From an uncultured Clostridium sp. (GTDB lineage: Bacteria; Bacillota_I; Bacilli_A; RF39; UBA660), in assembly GCA_964612605.1 (NCBI GenBank), contig CAZTEJ010000001.1, forward strand, positions 1 through 56,646: 56,646 nucleotides of DNA. Direction: 5' to 3'. Made by a program: the position numbers and the translations under genes. The notes beneath the pieces are model-generated. The model was given only the letters and a program-made list of their open reading frames with translations, was not told the origin of the DNA and made no database searches. Of this stretch, positions 20,520 to 29,175 are shown piece after piece. Position 1 is the stretch's first letter, and the number at the start of each line of letters is the position of its first letter.

Positions 20520-23042
20520 GTGATTCAAATGAAAAATTTATATAACAAATACAAATACATACTATTTACACTAATAGGAGCAATATCAATAATAACAATA
20601 ATATACTATCTAAATAATATTACTCCCTTAGGAAACAACAGCCTCCTAGCAGTAGATTTCTACCACCAATACGGCCCAATGCTGGGAGAACTATACGATA
20701 GAGTTAAAAACGGTTCAAACTTAATCTACTCATTTAACATGGGAATGGGACTACCATTCTTCAGAAATTACTTCAACTACCTATCAAGTCTATTTAACAT
20801 AATCATATTTCTAGTTAATAGAAAAGACCTACTAACAAGCTATTCATTCATAATTGCAATAAAAACAATCACAAGCGCCTGCACAATGTATTACTACCTA
20901 TCAAAAAAATTTAACAAAAACAACTTTCCCCTATGTGCATTAAGCATACTATACGCATTCAATAGCTACTTCATAGCATACTACTGGAACATCATGTGGT
21001 TAGACGGACTAGTCTACCTCCCACTAATAACACTAGGAATAGAAAAAATAATAAACCAAAACAAAGGACTATTATATATAATTGCCCTAGCACTAATGCT
21101 ATATTCAAACTACTTCATAGGATACATGATATGCATCTTTAGTGTACTTTACTTCATCATATACCTATTTATAAAAGGAAAAACAAACATCAAAAACTAC
21201 ATACACACCACCCTTATATTTACAACATGCTCATTATTATCCGGCTGCCTAGCAGCAGTATGCTTAATACCAACATTCACCTCAATGACAAGCATAAGCG
21301 CAACAGGAGATGCATGGCCAACAAGCCAATACTACAACTTCACCCTCATAGAATTCATATACAATCACTTAAGCGCAGTAGACGTTACCGTATTTAAAAG
21401 CGACATCATAAACGCCCCAAACATCTCATCAAGCATTATAGTTATTCCCCTGCTAATACTCTTCCTTACCAACAAAAAAATAAACATTAAAACCAAAATA
21501 GGCTATACACTACTACTTACTCTACTCATACTAAGTTTCTTCTGGGCACCACTAGACTTCATATGGCACGCATTCCACGTACCAAACGACTTACCCTACA
21601 GATATAGTTTCCTTTACCCTTTTATAATGATAATCATAAGTGCTTACAGTATTGATAAAATAAAAGATTCAAACGATATAACAGTCCTAATAACATTTAT
21701 AATAAGCATGATATTTGTAGGTTCTGTTTGTTTTATAGAACAATACCTAATAAAAGATAAAATAGTTATACTAAACTTCATCGTACTTATCATATGGTAT
21801 CTAATATACGTAATATATAAATATTTTAATAAAAAAAATTACATATCATTCATATCAATCATACTAGTAATTATAGAATGCACAATAAGCATAAACAACA
21901 ATTGGAATATAGATCAAAACATGAATAACTTCTACTCAGATTATGATAACATCCAAAGCAACCTAACATACATCAAAAACAATGATCAAGACAAATTCTA
22001 CCGAATAGAAAAATACGATATGAACACATTCAACGACCCATCCTGGTATAATTACTACGGAACAATCGCATTCAGTTCCATGGAATACGAAAACTTCGCA
22101 AAACTACAATACAACCTAGGAATGCCAGGAAACGAAATAAATAGCTTCTATTACACAAACAACACACCAATTTACAATATAATGTTTAATCTAAAATACA
22201 TAATAGGAGATATAAACGACAATCACTATACCCTTTACTACAGCGATGCAATAAATAACAACTACATATACAAATCAAATTATTCATCATCTCTAATGTT
22301 TGGAATAAATAATAATATTACAAATTGGAACTATACAACCAACAACGCAATAGAAATACAAAACGACTTCATTTACAAAGCATACAACATAGACAACATA
22401 CTAAAAAAAATAACCATTATAAACGATAAAATACTTACAAACAAAAAAGATATAGTACATAAATACAAAATAGATTCAACAAGCGGTTACATATACTTTA
22501 CAAACAATATTAATTCCTTATTAATAAATGGTACACTATACATAAAAGACAATTACGACTACAACATATCAGGAAATGATTACAACTACTACAACATAGT
22601 TAAAATAAGTGAAAATAGAATAATAAGATTTCAAGATACAAACGAAATATATATTAGTTACGAATACGAAAACAACAACAACTTAGAAGCATACGAAATA
22701 GATAATACCAAAATAAATATCCTTAACAATTACATAGACAATAATAAAGTTACAATAGAAGAATTTAAAGAATATTATATAAAAGGAAATTATAATGGAA
22801 ACACCAATTTTATATATACATCTATTCCATATGATAAAAATTGGAAAGTATACATAGACGGAAAACAAGTAAAAACAACAACAATCGGAAACTCCTTACT
22901 AGGATTCAACATAACACCAGGAAACCACGAAATAATCTTAAAATACGAAGTACCATACCTAAAAACAAGTATATGCATATCAACAATAACAATACTAGGA
23001 CTAATAATATTTTATAATAGAAAAAAATTGATTAAACAATAA
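20520..23042 (+). CDS. YfhO-family polytopic membrane protein (putative glycopolymer glycosyltransferase)
   Basis: 840 aa with many TM helices, a large extracytoplasmic C-terminal region and a final TM, as in YfhO proteins. The track start is GTG. ATG at 20529 (MKNLYNK) after AGGTGA is the likelier start. Confidence 0.7.
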   Translation: MIQMKNLYNKYKYILFTLIGAISIITIIYYLNNITPLGNNSLLAVDFYHQYGPMLGELYDRVKNGSNLIYSFNMGMGLPFFRNYFNYLSSLFNIIIFLVNRKDLLTSYSFIIAIKTITSACTMYYYLSKKFNKNNFPLCALSILYAFNSYFIAYYWNIMWLDGLVYLPLITLGIEKIINQNKGLLYIIALALMLYSNYFIGYMICIFSVLYFIIYLFIKGKTNIKNYIHTTLIFTTCSLLSGCLAAVCLIPTFTSMTSISATGDAWPTSQYYNFTLIEFIYNHLSAVDVTVFKSDIINAPNISSSIIVIPLLILFLTNKKINIKTKIGYTLLLTLLILSFFWAPLDFIWHAFHVPNDLPYRYSFLYPFIMIIISAYSIDKIKDSNDITVLITFIISMIFVGSVCFIEQYLIKDKIVILNFIVLIIWYLIYVIYKYFNKKNYISFISIILVIIECTISINNNWNIDQNMNNFYSDYDNIQSNLTYIKNNDQDKFYRIEKYDMNTFNDPSWYNYYGTIAFSSMEYENFAKLQYNLGMPGNEINSFYYTNNTPIYNIMFNLKYIIGDINDNHYTLYYSDAINNNYIYKSNYSSSLMFGINNNITNWNYTTNNAIEIQNDFIYKAYNIDNILKKITIINDKILTNKKDIVHKYKIDSTSGYIYFTNNINSLLINGTLYIKDNYDYNISGNDYNYYNIVKISENRIIRFQDTNEIYISYEYENNNNLEAYEIDNTKINILNNYIDNNKVTIEEFKEYYIKGNYNGNTNFIYTSIPYDKNWKVYIDGKQVKTTTIGNSLLGFNITPGNHEIILKYEVPYLKTSICISTITILGLIIFYNRKKLIKQ

Positions 23043-23051
23043 TCAATTTTT

Positions 23052-24767
23052 TTATGAAAGAACATAAGGATCATCACTAGTTCCACTACCAGAAACAAAC
23101 GAAACATTAGAATTTAAATACACAGTAGGAAAAATTCCATACGCATAATTACTACCATTCCAATTCTGATTAAAACCTCTAGAATCCAAATAAACAACCC
23201 CATTACTATAATCAGAATCAGTAGTAAGAGTCCACCAAATATAATAATTCCTATCAGAAGTACCATAACCACTAGGAACAAAATTTAACCAATTATTCTT
23301 AGTACAATCACTATTACCATAGAAATATTGAGTTTCCCCATCAGGTTCATGACTCTTCCATTCTTTATATAAATTTTTCCAACAAGAAGAATCAGAAGAA
23401 GCATAAGCATAATCAGAATAATACATAAGAGCAACCTTACCATTCCAAGTAGCAGTTCTATTTATCTTATCACCAGTATATACCTTAGTTCCCCTTTCAG
23501 CATTATAAACCTCTAAAGCACTCAGCTTCTCAGCATCATATGCAGAATCAGACGAATAAGCTCCCGTATTCCATACAACATTTGCAACCAATTCTTGTGA
23601 ATCAGCAAACAAAACATAATTTCTATTAAACTTAGTATTCTTTTTCAAACTACCAGCATCATACCAATAAGGATCAGATGATAAACTAGTATTTAAATAA
23701 TCTCCATTTAATTCATTCATTAATACCGAAGTATTCCAATCATTATAACCCCAACCACTATTAACAGAAGAGTTAGTAGAATTCCATGAAAAACTACCAA
23801 TCGAATCATTTCTAATTAATTTAAGCTTCTTACTATGAGTACTTAACGCATTACCTTCATCATCTACATCATAAATATCAAAAATACCTATTATTCTCCA
23901 AGTTTCATTATTAAACGAAACATAATTACTAGGATTACTACCAATATATCTTACATTAGAATCACCAGTCTCATCAACAGTTAAATCAGAAGAAGATAAA
24001 GAAGATAAATACTCAACAGCCGAAGGATTAGATTTAAACCAAATCTTAACTTTACTAGGTATATTATTAACACTAAGATTCCAAGTATTAGTAACCGAAT
24101 TACAACTAACTACAACACTACTATCACTTGTTTCAACTCCATTAACATAAGTTTTATAAGAAGTAGAATAATTACAACTAGTTGGAAACTTATCCTGCTC
24201 TACACCATCAACATATGCAACAAAATCAATATCTTTATGATAATTTTCTATCTGATTAACCAAAGCAAGTTCATTCCAAGAATACCCAGCATTCAAATTT
24301 AACTTAATATAATAATCAGTATCAGTCCTATTATTAGATAACAAAACAATAGAAACATTATCATCATTAATCAAAGTATCAGTAACCTTACCATTAGAAT
24401 CAACATGAATACCAAATACAACATCATCAGGTAACTTATCTAAAGTACTTGAACAACTACTATCACTACATACCTCATATATTAACTCATACTTAACATC
24501 CATACTATTTAAATTAGTAAGAACAACACTAAAACTCTCAAAAGTATTTGCTTTTAACTTAAGTATCCTATCATCACTTTCACCACTATTAGTAGTCATA
24601 TTAAAACTTAAACCATTAACTTTTATATTAGCAATATTTCCTTCTTTACTATTAGTAAACATAGACAAAGAGTACGATAAAGTACATACAAATAATACCC
24701 CAATTGCAATAATAAATATTACTTTACTCTTCTTATCCTTTTTAACTATATCTATAAAATCTTTCAT
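23052..24767 (-). CDS. Membrane-anchored surface protein with a C-terminal lectin-like domain related to the prophage DGR target
   Basis: 571 aa with an N-terminal TM anchor. ETWRIIGIFD, DRNYYIWWTLTTD and YGIFPTVYL segments parallel ITWRIAGFDVY, NRSYWYWLRSITT and GGVRPCFYI of ORF 29176..30918. Confidence 0.6.
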   Translation of the reverse strand: MKDFIDIVKKDKKSKVIFIIAIGVLFVCTLSYSLSMFTNSKEGNIANIKVNGLSFNMTTNSGESDDRILKLKANTFESFSVVLTNLNSMDVKYELIYEVCSDSSCSSTLDKLPDDVVFGIHVDSNGKVTDTLINDDNVSIVLLSNNRTDTDYYIKLNLNAGYSWNELALVNQIENYHKDIDFVAYVDGVEQDKFPTSCNYSTSYKTYVNGVETSDSSVVVSCNSVTNTWNLSVNNIPSKVKIWFKSNPSAVEYLSSLSSSDLTVDETGDSNVRYIGSNPSNYVSFNNETWRIIGIFDIYDVDDEGNALSTHSKKLKLIRNDSIGSFSWNSTNSSVNSGWGYNDWNTSVLMNELNGDYLNTSLSSDPYWYDAGSLKKNTKFNRNYVLFADSQELVANVVWNTGAYSSDSAYDAEKLSALEVYNAERGTKVYTGDKINRTATWNGKVALMYYSDYAYASSDSSCWKNLYKEWKSHEPDGETQYFYGNSDCTKNNWLNFVPSGYGTSDRNYYIWWTLTTDSDYSNGVVYLDSRGFNQNWNGSNYAYGIFPTVYLNSNVSFVSGSGTSDDPYVLS

Positions 24768-25029
24768 AACTTATAATTTCACCTATCTTATAGTAAAATT
24801 TTACCATAACCCTAAGTCAAATGCAAGATAGTGTTTCCAAAGTCGGGGATTTACAATTTTATATCTACTTTTAATAAAATACATAAAAAAAGTAAATAAC
24901 CTTTTAGTTCTTACTTTATAATTAAGTTGCTAATTAATTATAAAGAAGGTTATCTATATGAATATTATATCCATTATTGAAAATTTTTCAAGAATATAAA
25001 CAATTATTTCTATTATTTAAGCAATTTTA

Positions 25030-25263
25030 TTATTCAGTATCTTCTAAAAAGAAATTAACTAATTTTTCATAATTATCTTGACTATTTAAACAAGTATCAA
25101 TTAAATAACCTTTTACATTATTATTTTGATATTCTTTTATTCCTCTTATATAAAAATCTCTATTTCTATCTTCTATAAAAAATGGCATTATATCATTGTA
25201 TAAACATTCTCTAAACATTATCATTCTTCCCACACGACCATTTCCATCACTAAATGGTTTCTG
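25030..25263 (-). pseudogene. 5'-truncated Fic/DOC-family gene remnant (C-terminal ~77 codons)
   Basis: The minus-strand frame reads (TAG)QKPFSDGNGRVGRMIMF... PFSDGNGR is the Fic motif HPFxDGNGR, but Lys replaces the catalytic His and an in-frame TAG lies at 25264..25266. No N-terminal half is present. Confidence 0.7.
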
Positions 25264-25296
25264 CTATGCTTTTTAATTTTATAATAATTTTAACCA

Positions 25297-25330
25297 CAAA
25301 AAAAGAGGTAAGGACATTTATTTCCTTACC
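25297..25330 (-). terminator. Rho-independent terminator after the endolysin gene
   Basis: Stem GGTAAGGA/TCCTTACC (25307..25314 and 25323..25330). On the minus strand it is followed by a T-run (plus-strand A-run 25298..25304). Confidence 0.7.
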
Positions 25331-25349
25331 ATTTTTATAATCAATTTTT

Positions 25350-26360
25350 TTAATATAACTTAATATTATCCCAACGTGTAGTGCCATTAGCATAATTTTT
25401 ATTTACTTGGTCTCTTACTTGATTATAATCATAACCTAAAGTTTCAATCTTTTTTTGTCTTTCAGGTTGATTACCAAAATCACCTCTAATAGTTCTTTTA
25501 ACAATTGTCAACAAATCTTCTTTTGATTGACTTGGTGTTGCTACTAATTTTATATCTGTTTCATTCATCCAACCTAAGTCTCCTGTTGTATTATAAGGAT
25601 GAGCAGTATTTTTAGCAACTCTTGTTATTATTGTTTCTCTATTAGATACTGAACCATTTGGAGCAGATGCAGTGCTACTAATATATAAAGCACCATTAAT
25701 TATTACTTCATCTCCCACCTTGAACTTACCTGTATAACCATTTGAAGTATCTTGATTATTGTTTGATGGTGTTGATGGCGTTGATGGTGTAGGAGATGGT
25801 GTCGAACTAACATAATCAATGAATTTTAATTTTCCGTGACTAGTCCATGTTCTAGTATTATAACCACTCTTTTTACCAATATTACCTATTGCAGTAATTT
25901 GAACACCATCTTTCCAAATTGGAGTACATTCAACTGCAAGACCATTACCTATAGCAATTCCAACATGACCATTCATCCAAACAATTTCACCAATTTCTAT
26001 ATTGCTAAAATCTTTTGAGACATTGGTGCAATAATCCATAATTTGATTTGCACTCTTATCAGGAACTCCGTTAGAATTATAAATTGCACCACCATAGGTT
26101 TTATTTACATCACCATTCCATCCCCATAAAATACCTTTAATTAAGCATACACAGTCAAAACCAAAAGTATCAGCACTAGCATTTTTAATTTTATTAGTTC
26201 TAGAACTTTGTTTATTGTATGAATTATTATTACAATATCTATTCTTATTAGTATTATTCATAGGTGAACCAAAACAACCCATTATATAAAGTGTTTTGTA
26301 TTTAGTAGCAATATCTTTTGCAATTTTTACAAACTCAACATTAGTCATTACTTTTCCCAT
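25350..26360 (-). CDS. Endolysin: N-terminal Cys/His peptidase-like domain, Pro/Ser/Thr linker, SH3-like domain, C-terminal CW_7 (Cpl-7-type) repeat
   Basis: 336 aa. FDCVCLIKG..NGHVGIA catalytic-type pattern, STPSPTPSTPSTPS linker, and C-terminal RGDFGNQPERQKKIETLGYDYNQVRDQVN matching the CW_7 pattern. Lies next to the holin. Confidence 0.75.
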   Translation of the reverse strand: MGKVMTNVEFVKIAKDIATKYKTLYIMGCFGSPMNNTNKNRYCNNNSYNKQSSRTNKIKNASADTFGFDCVCLIKGILWGWNGDVNKTYGGAIYNSNGVPDKSANQIMDYCTNVSKDFSNIEIGEIVWMNGHVGIAIGNGLAVECTPIWKDGVQITAIGNIGKKSGYNTRTWTSHGKLKFIDYVSSTPSPTPSTPSTPSNNNQDTSNGYTGKFKVGDEVIINGALYISSTASAPNGSVSNRETIITRVAKNTAHPYNTTGDLGWMNETDIKLVATPSQSKEDLLTIVKRTIRGDFGNQPERQKKIETLGYDYNQVRDQVNKNYANGTTRWDNIKLY

Positions 26361-26473
26361 TATTGAACCTCCTCCTCTTTTTCTTCATACACTTCTGCAG
26401 TATCACCAACTACTTCTATGTATTCTTCTTCAATGATTTCTTCTGTTTCAATTATTTCTTTCTTTTCTTCCAT
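26360..26473 (-). CDS. Small acidic ORF (37 aa) coupled to the endolysin start
   Basis: MEEKKEIIETEEIIEEEYIEVVGDTAEVYEEKEEEVQ. GGAGG RBS upstream. Its TAA overlaps the lysin ATG (TAATG). Below the track cutoff. Confidence 0.4.
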   Translation of the reverse strand: MEEKKEIIETEEIIEEEYIEVVGDTAEVYEEKEEEVQ

Positions 26474-26521
26474 TTTTATCTAACCTCCTTTGAAGAAAAT
26501 ATATATAAAAAAGAGAACATT

Positions 26522-26806
26522 TTATTTGTCCTCTCCTTTACCATTATTAAAATTACTTAATCCATTAGAACCTAAACTGATAGAAATGGATGTTAAAAGA
26601 TATAAAAATATATCAATAAAATTAAAACTATTCATAACAATATTTGTTATAATTAAAAGAATAAACGATATAAAAAAACTCCAATATTTTGTTGGAATTT
26701 CTTTTATAAATTTTAATTCTTTTGTAAATTCTACTACCATAAAAACAATGGATATAAAACTTGCATAGGTTGTTAATACATCCCAAGTTAAAAAATTTTC
26801 CATCAT
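26522..26806 (-). CDS. Putative holin
   Basis: 94 aa with three hydrophobic helices and a charged C-terminus (NNGKGEDK), upstream of the endolysin. Confidence 0.7.
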   Translation of the reverse strand: MMENFLTWDVLTTYASFISIVFMVVEFTKELKFIKEIPTKYWSFFISFILLIITNIVMNSFNFIDIFLYLLTSISISLGSNGLSNFNNGKGEDK

Positions 26807-27138
26807 ATTTTCCCTTCTTTCTTTAATTTTTCTACTTTATGGTCAATATAACTATTGCCACCAAGTTCATGGTATCTTTTGTAAGTTTCATAAAACCTTT
26901 CCCATTCCACCTCATCAATTTTACTTCCTTGGTCAACATCACTTAAAAATCTAACTAAAAAATTTTTATCAGTTCCTATTTCTAAATCATTTATTCTGTT
27001 GGAAATGGGACTTATTTCTTCTTTAAATGTGGTTTTCATCCACTTTTTTAGTCTTACCGATAAATATTCTATTGAACCAATTAAAGCAACCAAAAAAGCC
27101 AGTAATTTGCTAATCTGACCTAATGTAATACCTTCCAA
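26803..27138 (-). CDS. N-terminally membrane-anchored protein of the lysis cassette
   Basis: 111 aa with one N-terminal TM (LLAFLVALIGSI) followed by a charged helical region. ATGA overlap with the holin gene. Confidence 0.5.
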   Translation of the reverse strand: MEGITLGQISKLLAFLVALIGSIEYLSVRLKKWMKTTFKEEISPISNRINDLEIGTDKNFLVRFLSDVDQGSKIDEVEWERFYETYKRYHELGGNSYIDHKVEKLKKEGKI

Positions 27139-27164
27139 TTCATCTTCCTCCTTTTTTAATTACT

Positions 27165-27190
27165 AAAAAAGACAACTTTAAATTGTTGCC
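27165..27190 (-). terminator. Terminator-like hairpin just downstream of the DGR reverse transcriptase gene
   Basis: Minus strand reads GGCAAC-AATTTAAA-GTTGTC (6-bp stem including one G.U pair) followed by TTTTTT. Confidence 0.45.
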
Positions 27191-27209
27191 TTATTCTATA
27201 TACATTTAT

Positions 27210-28349
27210 CTAATGTGAATTTTTTGGATTATTATTAATAAATAAATCATCAAATAATTTATCTAAACTTCTTAAACTTTTATGGCAGTCATATTTCTTA
27301 ATATTACCTTTCCAAGATTTGTACTGTTCTTCTATGTCGTGAAATTCAATTAAACCTTTATCCAATAAATTTTTAAATCTTTTTAATTTTCTTCTCTCTC
27401 TAATAAAATTATTTTTTACAGGTATTCTTACTAAATGCCCTGTATCTGTTAATCTATATTTTATTTTTAGAAAAGTAAAACCTTTATCTAATCTAAATAA
27501 CTGTGTTTTTTTATGATTAATGAAAATTCCCTGTTTTTCACAAATCTTGTTAATCTCATCTAATAAAGATTTTAATTCTTCTTTACTATTTCCGATAATA
27601 TATGTATCATCCATATATCTACCATAAAATTTAATTCCTTTAACTATTTTGCAATAATTATCCATTTTACTAGGATAATAAATTCCTGATATTTGAGATA
27701 TTTGACTGCCTATCCCTAATGATTTATGCATTATTTTTTCGCCTGTCTTTTCTGTATTTGCTTTTGCATAAACAAGTGAGTCAAATAATTCATTTTCTTT
27801 TATATCATAATTGGATATATCAACAGAAAAACTATCAACTAAATGACTAATTAAATTAATAATATCTTCATCATCAATAATTTCTCTATACATATCCATC
27901 AAAGGTTTATGAAGTATATTATCATAAAACTTACTAAAATCAATAATGAGTGCATATCCTTTATTTCCATATTTTCTATAATATTTATGTAAATGATTTT
28001 CTATTCTTCTTCTAGCAAAATCAATTCCTTTGTTCTTCACACTTGCACCATTATCATGTATTAAATATGGTTCAACTATGGGATTTAAAGAGTCACACAA
28101 AGCCCTTTGTACAACTCTATCATAGAAACTTATGGAGCGAACATATCTATCTTTTCCTCTTTCTTTAAGATAAAAGCAATAAAAATCTTGTTGTTTATAT
28201 GTCTTTTCTCTTAATTCTAATTGAGTATGTCTAATATTTTTTAAAAAATTTGCTTCATATTGCTGAACACTATTTTTCCAATTACAACCTTTTTTGGCTT
28301 CGTAAAAACTATTCATTAAAACATTGGCATTACTTATTTTATTTAACAT
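27210..28349 (-). CDS. DGR reverse transcriptase
   Basis: 379 aa. ERGKDRYVRSISFYDRVVQRAL, IIDFSKFYDNILH, SLGIGSQISQ (the DGR-typical [IL]GxxxSQ) and YGRYMDD catalytic motifs. Lies 120 nt downstream of the TR. Confidence 0.95.
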   Translation of the reverse strand: MLNKISNANVLMNSFYEAKKGCNWKNSVQQYEANFLKNIRHTQLELREKTYKQQDFYCFYLKERGKDRYVRSISFYDRVVQRALCDSLNPIVEPYLIHDNGASVKNKGIDFARRRIENHLHKYYRKYGNKGYALIIDFSKFYDNILHKPLMDMYREIIDDEDIINLISHLVDSFSVDISNYDIKENELFDSLVYAKANTEKTGEKIMHKSLGIGSQISQISGIYYPSKMDNYCKIVKGIKFYGRYMDDTYIIGNSKEELKSLLDEINKICEKQGIFINHKKTQLFRLDKGFTFLKIKYRLTDTGHLVRIPVKNNFIRERRKLKRFKNLLDKGLIEFHDIEEQYKSWKGNIKKYDCHKSLRSLDKLFDDLFINNNPKNSH

Positions 28350-28469
28350 ATTTTGTTCCTAACTCTAATTGACTTATCAAAGAGTATCAAAATATCTATT
28401 TGCCTTTCGGACAGGATAAAGTTTCCTTTTAATTCTTGCAACGGTACTTAACCTAATCATTGTGCAAGT
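28350..28469 (-). ncRNA. TR-RT spacer, presumed 3' part of the DGR template RNA
   Basis: 120-nt non-coding interval between the TR and the RT start. Contains a CTTGCA...TGCAAG stem-loop immediately 3' of the TR. The role is assigned by analogy with characterised DGR RNAs. Confidence 0.5.
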
Positions 28470-28556
28470 TAAAATCAGGGGCGAACACCACCAGTAGCAG
28501 AAGCATTGTTGTTGTTGCTATTACCATTGTTGTTGACATTAGCGAAAGCAGACGCC
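28470..28556 (-). repeat. DGR template repeat (TR)
   Basis: Non-coding 87-bp copy of 29186..29272 (offset 716), with 76 identities. In the target frame it carries nine AAY codons (AAT GTC AAC AAC AAT GGT AAT AGC AAC AAC AAC AAT). It is a GC-rich island in AT-rich DNA. Confidence 0.95.
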
Positions 28557-28571
28557 CAGAAAATACAAACT

Positions 28572-29120
28572 TTACCCTTTTTCTTTTTCTAATTCTTTAA
28601 ATATTTTATTATCTGATTTTCGCCAACCTTTTAATAATAAAATTTCTTTTTCAATTATATCAACATATACCATGTATTTTTCCACATTCGGATGACATAC
28701 ACAAATTATATATTGCATTTCTTGAAGTAAATTTTCACAATTACAAATTGCTTGTGTTTGATAGTTTCTTCGCATATAGTATTCTTCTTTATTAGTTATA
28801 TGAATTGTATTTGCAGAACAAATATTTTTCATTAAATCCCTTAATAAATCCATAAAGTAATCTCTTTCTTTATCTATTAGCCATGTTGGAAAATTATCTA
28901 TAAAACTATTTTTCATATCATAAGCAGACAAGATTTGTTCAATTTCTGATACATCTTCATCCGTTATATCATATACTTCTTTTGCAAATTCTAAATTTCT
29001 TCTTCTTGATTTTATACCAAAATCTTTCAAAAGAAATTCAGTTATCATAAGTCTTAATTTTATTGCATTATGATAAAATTCCATTTTCGATATGTTTCTT
29101 TTTCTTTTCAATACACTCAT
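28572..29120 (-). CDS. Accessory variability determinant (Avd)-like protein, assigned by position
   Basis: Basic, helix-rich ORF between VR and TR. Preferred start is ATG 29120 (MSVLKRKRN, 182 aa), 7 nt after a GAGGAGGG RBS, rather than the track's GTG at 29156. Confidence 0.6.
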   Translation of the reverse strand: MSVLKRKRNISKMEFYHNAIKLRLMITEFLLKDFGIKSRRRNLEFAKEVYDITDEDVSEIEQILSAYDMKNSFIDNFPTWLIDKERDYFMDLLRDLMKNICSANTIHITNKEEYYMRRNYQTQAICNCENLLQEMQYIICVCHPNVEKYMVYVDIIEKEILLLKGWRKSDNKIFKELEKEKG

Positions 29121-29148
29121 TATCAATCCCTCCTCGACATCTTTAACC

Positions 29149-29165
29149 CACCCCACAAGGGGGTG
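29149..29165 (-). promoter_or_regulatory. GC-rich hairpin 20 nt downstream of the VR (candidate DGR target-recognition element)
   Basis: Minus strand reads CACCCC-CTTGT-GGGGTG (6-bp stem, 5 of the pairs G:C), in the 55-nt gap between the target stop and the avd start. Confidence 0.5.
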
Positions 29166-29175
29166 TGATTAAAGA

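Noticed and set aside
23052-24767. The host surface protein as a second (remote) VR target of the DGR
   Set aside because: Its C-terminal domain is similar to the fibre's at the protein level. However, the DNA at 23100..23230 shows no similarity to the TR, and it lacks the GC-rich GGTGGTGTTCGCCCCTG block.
24768-25029. The intergenic region left of the fic remnant as a tRNA/tmRNA-type attachment site
   Set aside because: No cloverleaf-compatible stems or conserved T-loop (GTTCGAATC-like) sequence was recognised. Only a weak AAGTAA/TTACTT stem is present.
26363-26768. Plus-strand ORFs 26363..26560 and 26490..26768
   Set aside because: They are antisense to the holin gene and to the small acidic ORF that is translationally coupled to the endolysin. 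Their Phe/Ile-rich translations look like artefacts.
27210-28349. The reverse transcriptase as a retron, group II intron, or Abi/DRT-type defence RT
   Set aside because: An 87-bp TR/VR pair with adenine-only mismatches lies next to it. The gene order is target-avd-TR-RT, and the RT has the DGR-typical [IL]GxxxSQ motif. No intron RNA domains, maturase/endonuclease domains or retron msr/msd-like inverted repeats were seen.
29121-29156. GTG at 29156 as the start of the Avd-like gene
   Set aside because: It has no RBS and falls inside the GC-rich hairpin. The ATG at 29120 lies 7 nt after GAGGAGGG.
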